Source: an uncultured archaeon
GTDB lineage: Archaea > Asgardarchaeota > Lokiarchaeia > Sigyniarchaeales > SOKP01
Assembly: GCA_964486045.1 (NCBI GenBank)
Contig: CAZALK010000008.1
Location: 96,001 to 160,000, forward strand
Reading direction: 5' to 3'
Length of the DNA stretch: 64,000 nucleotides
The notes beneath the pieces are model-generated. The model had not been told where the DNA came from, ran no database searches, and saw nothing but the letters and a program-made list of their open reading frames with translations. Positions 8,848-20,600 of this stretch are shown piece by piece; positions within the stretch are counted from its first letter, which is position 1; every line of letters begins with the position of its first letter. The position numbers and the translations under genes were made by a program.

Positions 8848-10236
8848 TTACAAATTAAGTTCGATAATTCTATTTTGGTGTAGTTTAACTTTATCTGGTG
8901 TTAAATCATAATATTTCCAAAAGATTAGTGTAGCAATGAGCATAAAAATCACGGGAATTAGAGCGAAATGAACATGTATTCCCCATAATGCTGAAGGTGG
9001 TTGAACTCCAACCCCTCCTCCTTCAACAAATCCTGTTATAGTATGTATTGATGCGAAACTTATCGCTTGCACCAATATAGCTAATCGTCCAAAAAATTGT
9101 AAGAATCCATTGAAAACACCCTCTTGACGCTTTTGGTTATTAACTACTGACTCATTTATAACATCTGCAAATACTGGTGCTAACATTGTCCAATAACCCC
9201 CAAGACCAAAACCCCAAAAAATCATCACTATCAATGCTACGATAACGCTATTAAGAAAAATAAAAGGAATCGTGAATATAGTCAACAGAAAGCTATTTAT
9301 TAACATGATTTTTTTATTATTATCTGTTTTTTGAGCGACATAAGCCCATATTGGTGAGGAGATTAGTGCCCCAACGAGAAATCCAGCAGAAAGTAACGTT
9401 TGAGCCCTTTCCTGCAAAATAAACTCAACAAAAAATGGGATAGATGCTTGGAAAGATATTATAAGGGATCTGTAGAGCGTATAGGAAATTATGAAGAATA
9501 AGAAAGATTTTTGCTTTAGAGTTAATTTTAATGTTTTAAAGAATGAAGTTCTGTCTTCAGTATCATGTTTTTCGAGATAGCGATCAATTGTAACTTGATC
9601 CTCTCGACAACCAGGGATTGAAAGCATTAATACTATTATTCCTATTAATATTACTAATCCAGCGTTAATAAAGAATGTAGCAGAATCACCACTATCTATT
9701 ATCAATGGAGGTAATAAAGCACCGAGAGCTACACCAACTATACCAATAGGAGTTTGTATTCCTGTTGCTTTCCTACGCTCTTTTACATAACGAAATTTAT
9801 CAGGAAAAAGGGACACAAAATTAACAAAAAATATGGAATTAAAAGTATCAAAAATAGCTGTAGAGACAATGAACCAAATAAAAAAAATCCAGGCTCCTGA
9901 GTTAGGATCTACGTCTGGGGGTGTAAATATTAGAACATAACTCAATATATATGCAATACCACCAATTATTATCCAAGGAAATCTCCGTCCCCATTTTTTA
10001 GTGAATTTAAAAGGTCGATTTGTTAAATATCCTACAAGAGGGTCATTCACAGCATTCCAAATAGCATATATTATTACAGCTAAACCAATGATCAATGAAT
10101 CAACACCAATAGTCCTTACATAGAAAGAGTATAACCAAACTGTAAATGCCATCTCCATAAATTCCGTTAAGAATTTACCAAATCCGTATGAGGCTATATT
10201 CAGTTTTGAATGTTCAATTTCCATTACTTCACCCAT
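8848..10236 (-). CDS. MFS transporter, GPH (Na+/melibiose-like) family
   Basis: IWNAVNDPLVGYL, KWGRRFPWI, ADVINE...RQEGVFNG; about 12 hydrophobic segments. Confidence 0.92.
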   Translation of the reverse strand: MGEVMEIEHSKLNIASYGFGKFLTEFMEMAFTVWLYSFYVRTIGVDSLIIGLAVIIYAIWNAVNDPLVGYLTNRPFKFTKKWGRRFPWIIIGGIAYILSYVLIFTPPDVDPNSGAWIFFIWFIVSTAIFDTFNSIFFVNFVSLFPDKFRYVKERRKATGIQTPIGIVGVALGALLPPLIIDSGDSATFFINAGLVILIGIIVLMLSIPGCREDQVTIDRYLEKHDTEDRTSFFKTLKLTLKQKSFLFFIISYTLYRSLIISFQASIPFFVEFILQERAQTLLSAGFLVGALISSPIWAYVAQKTDNNKKIMLINSFLLTIFTIPFIFLNSVIVALIVMIFWGFGLGGYWTMLAPVFADVINESVVNNQKRQEGVFNGFLQFFGRLAILVQAISFASIHTITGFVEGGGVGVQPPSALWGIHVHFALIPVIFMLIATLIFWKYYDLTPDKVKLHQNRIIELNL

Positions 10237-10594
10237 AATGAATCACTAGTCTTATAATTAAATTAATAAAATTAGATAAGAATTAGTTGTTTCTCTTTTT
10301 ATAGGTAATGCAATTTCAAAAAAAAATCAAATTTAAATCTTAAAATCTTTCATCAATTCTCAAAGGATATATTAATCATTATTTTTTTCTTAAATTCGTC
10401 TTTAGATCCAAAAGAATATGAAAAAAAGTTATAAAAGGAAACTTAGCTTAAGCTACAAAATTCTCTTCAATTCTCCTTTTTTAGTTTGTACCTAATGTTA
10501 AAGCATTTTAGATGATTGATACAAAAAATTTTTATCGTTTTAAAAATGATTTAGTTTACATATTTAACAAACTTATGATGATTAGGTGACCCAT

Positions 10595-11776
10595 ATGAAA
10601 TTGGAGTACGCGGAAAGGGTAAAAAGCTTACCAAAATATATTTTTGTGCAAATCGAACAACTAATTGCTGAAAAGCGCAAGGAAGGGATCGATTTTATCC
10701 CGTTAGGAATAGGTGATCCAGATTTAACAACTCCTGATATAATAGTTCAGGAGATGGTTGAACAAGCAAGAATTCCAGATAACCAGAACTATCCGTCGAG
10801 TATGGGAGAAGAATTTTTCCGAGTAGAGGTTGCACGATGGATTAAAGTAAGATATGGAGTGGATTTGAATCCTAAAACAGAAGTCACACATGTGATGGGT
10901 GGCAAAGAAGGAGTTGCTAATGTTGCACGAGCTTTTATTAATCCTGGGGATACAGTATTATGTCCAAATCCCGGCTATCCTGTGTATATTAATGGTGCAT
11001 CCAAGCTCTGTGATGGTAAACCATATCTAATGCCCTTAACAAAAGAAAATGGTTTTCTTCCAGATTTAGAGGAAATTGACAGACTAATTCTTAAGAAAGC
11101 TAAATTAATGTATTTAAATTATCCAAATAATCCAACGGGTGCTATAGCACCAATAGAATTTTTGAAAAAAGTTGCTGATTATGCAGAAGACTATAATTTT
11201 ATCATTGTATTTGATAATCCTTATTCTGAATTTACTTTTGACGATTATATTGCTCCGAGTATATTACAAGTAAATAATAACCATGTTGAAATAAACAGCG
11301 CTTCAAAAATGTTCAATATGACTGGCTTTCGCTGCGGCTGGGTTGCTGGAAATGCAGTAATAATAGAAGGCTTACGAAAAATTAAATCTCAAATCGACTC
11401 TGGTGGTCCTATGTTTATCCAGAAGGCTGTGACCAAGGGATTAAAAGAATATAAATCTGAGAAAAAACCAGATATCGTTGCTAAAAGCATAAAAATATAC
11501 GAAAGACGTAGAAATCTTCTTGTTGACGGGTTAAATAAAATTGGATGGAAAACTGATTTACCAAAGGCTACTTTTTATGTGTGGACGCAAATTCCTGAGA
11601 AATTCTGTGAGATGACTTGTTTTAATTTTGTGAAAAAGTTAATAGATATAGGGGTAATAATCACACCAGGGACAGGATTTGGGCAATATGGAGAAGGATT
11701 TGTAAGATTTGCGTTAACCCAACCTGAAGAAAGAATTAAAGAAGCTTTAGAGAGAATAGAAACATTAATCAAATAA
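10595..11776 (+). CDS. dapL: LL-diaminopimelate aminotransferase-like PLP-dependent class I/II aminotransferase
   Basis: LGIGDPDL, GGKEG, PGYPVY, YLNYPNNPTGA, SASKMFNMTGFRCG, PGTGFGQYGEGFVRFAL; ATG 10595 with AGGTGA RBS. Confidence 0.8.
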   Translation: MKLEYAERVKSLPKYIFVQIEQLIAEKRKEGIDFIPLGIGDPDLTTPDIIVQEMVEQARIPDNQNYPSSMGEEFFRVEVARWIKVRYGVDLNPKTEVTHVMGGKEGVANVARAFINPGDTVLCPNPGYPVYINGASKLCDGKPYLMPLTKENGFLPDLEEIDRLILKKAKLMYLNYPNNPTGAIAPIEFLKKVADYAEDYNFIIVFDNPYSEFTFDDYIAPSILQVNNNHVEINSASKMFNMTGFRCGWVAGNAVIIEGLRKIKSQIDSGGPMFIQKAVTKGLKEYKSEKKPDIVAKSIKIYERRRNLLVDGLNKIGWKTDLPKATFYVWTQIPEKFCEMTCFNFVKKLIDIGVIITPGTGFGQYGEGFVRFALTQPEERIKEALERIETLIK

Positions 11777-11903
11777 AAAAAGTATTAAAATAATTAGGTT
11801 TAATTTAATTAAGGAATTTTGATTATTTTTATTAAAATAATAGAAATTAATAAGCTACATTATTTATAAGAGAAATAAAAATATTTCAGATAAGTGATTG
11901 ATC

Positions 11904-12374
11904 ATGTTTAAAGGATTACATCATATAGGAGTAATATATAAAGATTTTACAAAAATAGTAGAAATTATTAAAGATTTATTTGGAATGCCACATATACCTG
12001 TTGTTGAATCAGATGTTAAGGTCAATACATATATTAAAGAACTTACTGAACCCTTAAAAATTAAAGTAGGATTTGCTAGTTTTGGGGGCACAATGATAGA
12101 ACTATTTGAACCATTAGATGATAACTCAATTTATTCTGAGTTTCTGGAAACGCATCCTGAGGGAGGAATTCATCACGTTGGTATATTGGTTGAAAATATT
12201 GATGAGGAACTTAAGAAATGGGATTCAAAGGGAATAAAACGGATGATTAGTGGTATTCTTCCGACAACTAGTTTTGTATATTATGATACTAGAGATATGT
12301 TTGGGTATGTTACTGAACTTTTAGATAACGTTCCGCCCCCAACTAAGTTATTATATCGCAATAAAGAGCTTTAG
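11904..12374 (+). CDS. VOC family protein (methylmalonyl-CoA epimerase/glyoxalase-like)
   Basis: HHIGV, IELFEP, GGIHHVG, YYDT...ELL metal-ligand pattern. Confidence 0.88.
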   Translation: MFKGLHHIGVIYKDFTKIVEIIKDLFGMPHIPVVESDVKVNTYIKELTEPLKIKVGFASFGGTMIELFEPLDDNSIYSEFLETHPEGGIHHVGILVENIDEELKKWDSKGIKRMISGILPTTSFVYYDTRDMFGYVTELLDNVPPPTKLLYRNKEL

Positions 12375-13042
12375 ATAGAAGTAGGTAAAAGATTTGGTAA
12401 AAAAAAATATAAAAAAAATTTTATTTATATTTTCAAATTGGTTATAAAAATCCGATTAGGAATCAGGATTTATTATGTTTCATTCTAAGATACCCCAATT
12501 TCTTTTGGTCGACATTTTCAATATTTTCAGTGAAATTTGAATTGTCCAACACCAACATAACTGGAGCCTTAGAAGAATCCCAATTTTTATAATAATCTAA
12601 AACCTGATCCATTGAATCTAGGTCTTCCTCCAACATTTTTTCACCTCGTTTTTTTTTTTTTTTGACATGAAGGAGAATAAAGACTACTCTTGACCTAATT
12701 CGAATAAATTTTATTGAACAGTATTCATAACAGAGAACAAATCAGTAAAAAGTATAAGAAAAAGGTCGGAGCGATTTATTCTCTCTTAATAATACTACGA
12801 ATAACCGGCTTTACTACACATAATAATGTGGTAAAACCAAAAGTATGATCCATAGTATTATACTGTGTCATCAAATAAAAAGTGTAAGAAGTTATATTTA
12901 AATTTTACCCAGATAATTCCCACTTGTTTTGTTTATATGTAAAAATTGTATGAAATTTTTTTAACTATTCATAACAATTCTTTAAATTCACTCTTCGTTT
13001 ATTTACCTAATTACTTTTATATTTGAAATAGCGATGTAACTC

Positions 13043-14365
13043 ATGGAAAAGAGGATTGTTTTAGTAGGAGCAGGATCTACTTCTTTTGGACCTGCTATGT
13101 TTAATGATATCTATCTAAGCGATGTTTTGGCAGGTTCTACAGTTGTTCTTCATGATATCAATAAAGAAAAGCTAGAAATGATTTATGATCTTTTACAAGC
13201 TGAAAATGAAAGAATAGATAATAAATTCAATCTTGAGAGGACGACTAATAGATCAACGGCATTTAAAGGCGCAGATTTCATAATTAATTCAATAGAGGTG
13301 GGTGATCGGTTTACGTTATGGAGACAAGATTATGAAATTCCTAGAAAACATGGTTCACATCAGATTTTAGGTGAGTGTGGAGGCCCTGGAGGCACGTTTC
13401 ATGCGTGGAGGATTATTCCACCAATTGTAGAAATTGCTAAGGATGCTGAAAAAATTTGCCCTGAAGCATTCTTAATTAATTTCTCAAATCCAGTATCTCG
13501 AGTTTGTTTAGCAATTAAAAGAAGCGTAAAAAACCTAAAATTTATCGGATTATGTCATCAAATTAGATTTATGAACAGGCATTTACCAGAGATGTTGAAT
13601 ATTCCAATAAGACAACTTAAAATGGAGATTGGCGGATTAAATCATTTTGCTTTTCTATTGGGTTTGGAAAACAAAATAACAGGCCAAGATTTGATGTCCA
13701 TGTTTAATAAACAAGCTTTAGGGTATTTTACCGAAACTGAAAACCGTTTTGAATTCTCCAAGTTAACGTTTGAATTCTACAAAAGATTTGGATATTTTCC
13801 TTTTGTAGGGGATAACCATTTAGGGGAATTTCTTCAGTTTGGTGAGGAATTCACACAAACTAAAGATATGGTGGATTGGATCGATTTAAATGATAAAGAG
13901 GGACAAGATGTTAATAGGAAATTTCTTAACAATCACAAACTGCTTAAAGGAGGAAAATATCCTAAGAAGGGGATATTGTTTAGAAGACGTTCAGGAGAGA
14001 GGGCAATCCCAATAATTGAGGAAATTATAAATGACAAAAATTATTATGAATTTGCAGTAAATATCCCAAATGATGAGATTATTCAAAACCTCCCCCAGGA
14101 TTTAATTCTTGAATGTTCGGCAGTTGTGAATAAGCAAGGAGTTCAGGGAGTTAAGATTGGAATATTACCTAAGAACATTGCAGCATTACTTCGTATTGAA
14201 GCTACAATACAGGATTTGTGTGTTGAAGCTGTATTGACAAAATCTAGAGAACTAGCAATTGCGTGTTTAGCTATTGATCCTAATGTTGGTAGCTTTGAGA
14301 TGGCGGAAAACATGTTTAATGAGATGATTGAGTTGCAGAAAATTCATTTACCGGAATTCAAATAA
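13043..14365 (+). CDS. Family 4 glycoside hydrolase (NAD-dependent alpha-galactosidase/alpha-glucosidase)
   Basis: IVLVGAGS, GECGGPGG, INFSNP, GLCH, GLNH motifs. Confidence 0.93.
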   Translation: MEKRIVLVGAGSTSFGPAMFNDIYLSDVLAGSTVVLHDINKEKLEMIYDLLQAENERIDNKFNLERTTNRSTAFKGADFIINSIEVGDRFTLWRQDYEIPRKHGSHQILGECGGPGGTFHAWRIIPPIVEIAKDAEKICPEAFLINFSNPVSRVCLAIKRSVKNLKFIGLCHQIRFMNRHLPEMLNIPIRQLKMEIGGLNHFAFLLGLENKITGQDLMSMFNKQALGYFTETENRFEFSKLTFEFYKRFGYFPFVGDNHLGEFLQFGEEFTQTKDMVDWIDLNDKEGQDVNRKFLNNHKLLKGGKYPKKGILFRRRSGERAIPIIEEIINDKNYYEFAVNIPNDEIIQNLPQDLILECSAVVNKQGVQGVKIGILPKNIAALLRIEATIQDLCVEAVLTKSRELAIACLAIDPNVGSFEMAENMFNEMIELQKIHLPEFK

Positions 14366-14620
14366 TTAAGAATTCTTAGTACATTGATTACGATTAAAAT
14401 CTTGATAATAGATCAACTTAACATTATGTTGAATTATCGAAATAGTTTTGCTGGTAATTCGTTAAATTTTACCACTAAAACATTTGGTTTACCGTTATTT
14501 TTTGACTATTAGTTAAATAGAAATAAAAATCATTTTATATCAAGACGATCAAATTTCTGATATATTTATTAATCTGAGTTTCTATTAATCCCAAGATCCA
14601 ATTAAAAATAGGATCGAGTT

Positions 14621-17600
14621 ATGAAATCTAAAAATAGCGATAAATCCGAAGAGAGCTTTAAGAAAGCTACTGAATTTCTCCAAAAAATTTGGTGGTTTAG
14701 TTTTTTAGTAGTTATAGCTCCATTAGCAACAGGATTAACAGGTTATTTGATTTTTCGTTTTTTTCAACAGAATTTTTACATAGAATTATCTTTTACAGTA
14801 ATTACGTATATGTTCGCATTACTCTTTTTCTATAAAGCCTTTGATAAGTATAGAAAAAACCCCTTTTTTCTAAATAAAGAAAATAATCTGGTTGCTCGGA
14901 TTCACATCGTCTATTTAATATCTATTCTGGCACTTATTGTTACCCCAATTTTTGTATACATTTCTCCCGCAGATTCATTTTTACTGCTCCCAGTAATAAG
15001 TTTTGTACCTCTTTATAATATAGTATACTATTACTATCGTTTCCAGCCCATTGGTTTTTTCAATAAGGCAGAGGGAGAATTCAAACATGCTACTAATTTC
15101 TTAATATTAGTTAAGCAACCTTATAATTTGATAATCTTCGTTAACTACATTGCTCAAATCATTTTCCTTTCACTTACTTTTTTCACAGAATTCTCGTGGC
15201 TCTTCGCTTTATTAAATAATTTAGCATTTTATCTCATCACATTTACAGTAACGCGAAAAATTTCTCGTGAGATTAACAAGTCTATTAAGGAAAATAAACC
15301 GTTTCTGCAAGATTTAACAAAGTATAAACAGCGGTTTGTTATTTCAATTACAAGCTTGATTTTCATACTCTTAATTCAGATGCCCTTTGTTATAATGGGT
15401 CTTTCAGGTGTTCAATATACAGGTTTAGAATTAATGACTGGTTCTTTTTTAAGTATCATTTTTGTATTGATTTACGTTAAAACTTTATTTTATATTAACT
15501 ATTATTATAACTCTTTACTTAGCATCTATAAAGATCCTACGAAGAGTGATGATTCTGAAGAAGAGATACCCACCCAAGGCATTAAATATCAAAAATATAA
15601 TACTTTTTTATCTGGAGTCTTAATTGGATCTATAACATTTTTTTGTTTTCTAATAAGAGTGCACTGGATATTGTTAATAGTTTTACCATTTTTCTTTATT
15701 TTTGCCTATTATGAACAGAAAGCAAAAATGTACCCAAAACAATATAGTAAATATATTTACCTATTAAATTCTATAAGTATATTAATAGCAATTTCCTTTG
15801 GGCTTTTTTCAAATATATTTTTCCTAAATATCCAATTAATAATATTTTTGATATCACTTTATTTCACTCTACAAATTCTTGTAAGAAATAAGTATTTCAT
15901 AAAGGAAAACATAGTTATTATCCAGAATTTTTTGGCTATTGCAAGTTTTACTATTATAACATATTCAATTTTCGGATATACATCATTTGAAAACCTAATT
16001 GTTTTTGAATTAGCGATATTCCCATCAAATCCCGTAGTAACATTCATTTCTAACATTCTATTACATGGAATATTGATTTCAATTATTTCCTTAGTTTCCT
16101 TTTACTTTTTATTTGTTCGCGTATTCTCCATAAAGCGTTCAAAACTTTTCCGGTTTAGTGTATTTGGCCATGTTTTCCTCATTGAGCTCTTTATCTTTAT
16201 TCTGGTTAATTTAAGGGGCTTTTCCTTGTTTGAAGGAATTATAGCATTAAAACTTCTACTCCTGTCTAGCTTATTATTTCCTTCAATTTTCATATTGTTT
16301 ATATTTGCAAATTATCTATTGGGTCTACTTTCTCGAAAGCACTTTTCGCAATTAATTTACTACTTTTTATGGGTTTTAATAGCAGATATCTTCCTAGTTA
16401 TAATTTTCGTCTTTTTTAATAATACTGTTCTGCCAGTTATGTTAACTTTAGATTTCTTATTTTTGTCAATTTTTTGTCAATTTAATTTGAAATTTGGGTT
16501 GAATTTAGGAAAGGTAAAGGATTCTACATTTGAGCGTTATGTCAAAATAAATCCCTATATTTTGACTCTTGAGTTGTTTGCTCTGTTTTTCTTTTCATTT
16601 TATTCTGTTATATTAATAGATTTAGCATGGTTCGATAAAATCATTTTCTCATCATATTTTTCTTTATTAGTGATGACCTTTTTGATAAACATACTTTCAA
16701 GAAGAAACCGGGTATTTTCAGCCTCAATAGCCTTTAAAATTAACCTAATATTCTTAATGTTTAGTGCTGGTTTGGCTTTTTATTATTCATTCTATTACAC
16801 TCTGAGCACTTTCTACGTATTTGTAACTCCTTTTTTAAGTTTGTTCTCAATCTTATTTTTTCCAATATACTACATGTATAGAAAGAAGATTCACCTACCC
16901 TTAGAAAAAAAATATCAAGAAGAAGAAAAAGGAGAAGAAGATCAAAGAGAAGGAGACGGAGAAGAAAAAGTAGAAAAAGAAGAAGAAAGAGAAGAAGAGA
17001 AAGAAGAAAATGTAATGCGAAAATTTTTAATAGCTGACTGCATAATTTTAGCTATTTTTATAACATTAATACCTAGTATTATCAGCTTAGAGATCTACCG
17101 TTTAGGATTAAGTGTCAATATTTTACCAACTATCAGTTTTACGATACTAATTTTACCATCAATCCTGATTTTTTTTGTATTTGTTAATCATTTATTAGGG
17201 GTGTTTTCTCGAAAACAATTTTTGCTAATAAATCATAATGTACTTTGGTTTTTAATAACCAACATATTTGTTGCAATCTTTCTTACCTTTCTAAGTAATT
17301 TTGTAATTTTAGCTTTAGATTTTCTATTTTTTTCCATTTTTATTCAACTAAATTTAAAGTTTGGATTAAAATTAGGAAGAGTAAAGGAGACTATATTTAA
17401 GAGATTTTCTAATCTTAATTCTTATGTTATGGCAGTAGAACTCTTTATATTGTTCTTCTTCTTCTTTTACTTTCTTATTTTAATTAATTTAGCATTTTAT
17501 GATAACCTTATACTGTCTATTTATTTATCACTGTTAGTTATAACTATTTTGGGTAATTTATTCTCCAAAAAGGAATTAATATTTTCTAATTCAATGAGCA

Positions 17601-20600
17601 TTAAAATTAATATAACCACCTTAATATTTAGTGCTGGTACTGCTTTCTATTATTCGTTTTTATTTACCTTTAGCACTTTCTATGTATTTTTAATCCCGTT
17701 CTTATGCTTATTCTCAATATTATTTTTTCCATTTTACTATCTAATAAAAATGAAGAGATATGAAAATCTGACACGCAAGATTTTAGTAATAGATTGCATC
17801 TTGATCGCCATTTTCCTGACATTCATACCTAGTATTCTAGGGTTGGATTTATATTTTCGCTTGGGAGAACTTGTAGATGTTATTTCATTCTTGAATTTCA
17901 CATTCTATATAGCCATTAGCCTTTTAATCTTCATTTATTATTTAGTAGAGCATTATGGGATGAAGGATAAATACCAACTAGGAGTTTTAAAATCTCAAGT
18001 TATAATTGAAATTTGTTTGACCGGAACGACGGCATTCTATTATATTTTTATGCTATTATCGGGAACGATGTATGGGTTTCTTATTCCTTTTATTGCAGCA
18101 TCATGTTTCTTTTATCTCCCAATTTTATTTTCTTATAAAAAACGACTTTTTAATGTAAATCTTGTAAAAAACACTATATTTGTTAATAGTCTACTCCTTT
18201 CTGGATTAATAGTTTTAATCCCGACTTTTGTAGGATTAGAAATATCAAGTTTAGGGTTAGGAGCGAGAATTGATTTTTTCATGGTTACTGTGTTAACCTT
18301 AATCTTATTGTTTGTTATTTTAAAATTCTTAGATTTTGTTTGTATAAAATTTAAAATATTAGAAAAGATAATAAAACACTTAAAATTACTTGAAATTCTT
18401 GCTTGGTTTTCATTTTCACTTTTTACGGCTTTATGGATCTTCCCTTATCTATTAACAGAATTATCATTTAGTTTGACAATTTTTACATTTTTTATGTTAA
18501 ATATCTATACTTTAAGGTTGTTATCTGATTATTCTAAAGAACTGAAAATCAGTAACTATTTACTTGAAAGTATTCTATATGGCATTGTTTTTTCGTTTTC
18601 TTATTTATTAGTATCTTTAATTCAGATCACATTTATTCTAAACTTCCTCCCATCAGGATTAACTTCATTAAATATCGTGTGGTATCTTGGGCTATTTTTC
18701 TTATTTAGCTTAATTTTCATCAGGTTAAAATTAATAAAACCAAGATTTGAATCGCTTAGAAATTGGGTTGAATTGATTTCTTGGTTTTCATTTAAGATTT
18801 TTGTGAGCCTTTTCATATCCGTGGTTCTTCCCCTTTCAATTTTAACTCAGATAATCATCTTTATATTAATTTTCTCAATTTTAAGCCCTGTAACACTAAT
18901 ATATTTCAAAAAATTGAAAATAATTTCAGAGGTTGCTCAGTTCTTTACAAAAAAAATACTTCTAGCCTTATTTATTATCTCAAGTTTAAGTCTATATTTG
19001 GATCTTTTCAATAATTTTACAAGGCCCATTCTTTCATTTAATATTTCTAATTTTATTCCTCTTACTGTTATTATAGCTAACCTGTTTTTGTTTGTTTATT
19101 TCTGCTTATTGCGATATAATTCGGTTATCGAAAATTATTCGATTACGCAATTGACTAGATTTTATCTTTCATCTTTCTTATTACTAATTAGCCTATTTTT
19201 TATGTATTTTCCATTACCGATATTCTCTTTCTTTACGTTAATTCTTATTATATCGAGACGTAGTATAATAAACATCTTTAGATTTCTTGCTTATCTAATT
19301 CTAGGATATATATTGTTTATAGCAATAACAGCATTTCCGTTTGGTGGATTTATTTATGTGAATTCATTTGATTTAAATTTGTTAGGTTATTATAGCCAAA
19401 TTTATTTATCAGCCTTATCGATTGTTTTACTTTTTTCAATATGGCTAAATATTAAAAAAAATAATATTCTCGAAAAGTTTACTCTATATTCAACTTTCTC
19501 TCTTCTGTCTTTTGTAGTACTGTTCTCCTATTCTTTAATCCCTTTAATCTACAACATTACGATATCACTCTTTATATTTTTATTTTTCATGGGAATTTAT
19601 TTCTATCGACTGAAAAATGTATTATATAAGTGGTTTATTAAGCCTTGTGTTTTATTAGCAGTTTTTGATCTAATGAGTTTCATATCATATTTCTTGCTCT
19701 TTAATCAACCACCTTACAATCAACTCCCTTACGTTGGGCTAAACCAAATACTTACCTTTACGTTGACAATAGGCATAACAGGATTTGTATTTTTGTTTTT
19801 GTTTAACAAAGCTCCTGCAAATTTTAGGAAAAAATCATTTTATTTCGTTCTGTTCGCGATAATATTATGCATACCCACATTTTTGTATTTCCTCATAGTT
19901 TCTTCATTTTCTATACCCTTTGAGGATCCGGTACCGATAATATTTAGTATTAACGTGGGGGTTTTTCTTTTCTATCTTTGCGTGGGAATTTATCAGGGGA
20001 GAGTTTCTTGGGCAATTTGGAAATCAGGTTGGTATGTGTGGAACATTTTACCTTTTGTTAATTTTATAATTATATATAAAAGTTTAAGTGGGGTTGATGT
20101 TATTAAAGATTCTATAAGTCTTTTTGGGTCTAATGGGTTTACAGGTTCATCAATTTTGTCCATAATTATTTGTTCCCTATTTTTCTTACCTGTTATCTAC
20201 GCTAAAATAAAGAAACATTTTTTAAAAATCATCTTTATCGTTTGGGGGGAAAGTCTATTTCTGTTATATTGGATTTCCCAAAATCTATTTTTGAGTGATT
20301 TTTTGTTAAGAAATCTTTTATTTGTTCTTTTTACGGTTCTCTTACTAATGCCCATCTTAATTGGATTGAAATATTGGAAGATCGTATCTATTTTTTGGAT
20401 AACGCTGATAGTCATCAATGCTTTATTTTTGCTCTTTTATTTAGTTTCAATAGGAATTTCATTAGAAGTGACGATTTCAATTGATATCTTAGTAATTGGG
20501 TTATTATTGATTATTTATTCCTTTTTTCCAAATGTTAGATCAATCGGGATTATCTTGATTATCAGTTATTTTATAGTTCTCACCGGTATTTTTATCACAG

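Noticed and set aside
12568-12636. 22-codon minus-strand ORF with a strong GAGGTG RBS (MLEEDLDSMDQVLDYYKKLGFF)
   Set aside because: Too short to support as a gene or pseudogene without homology evidence
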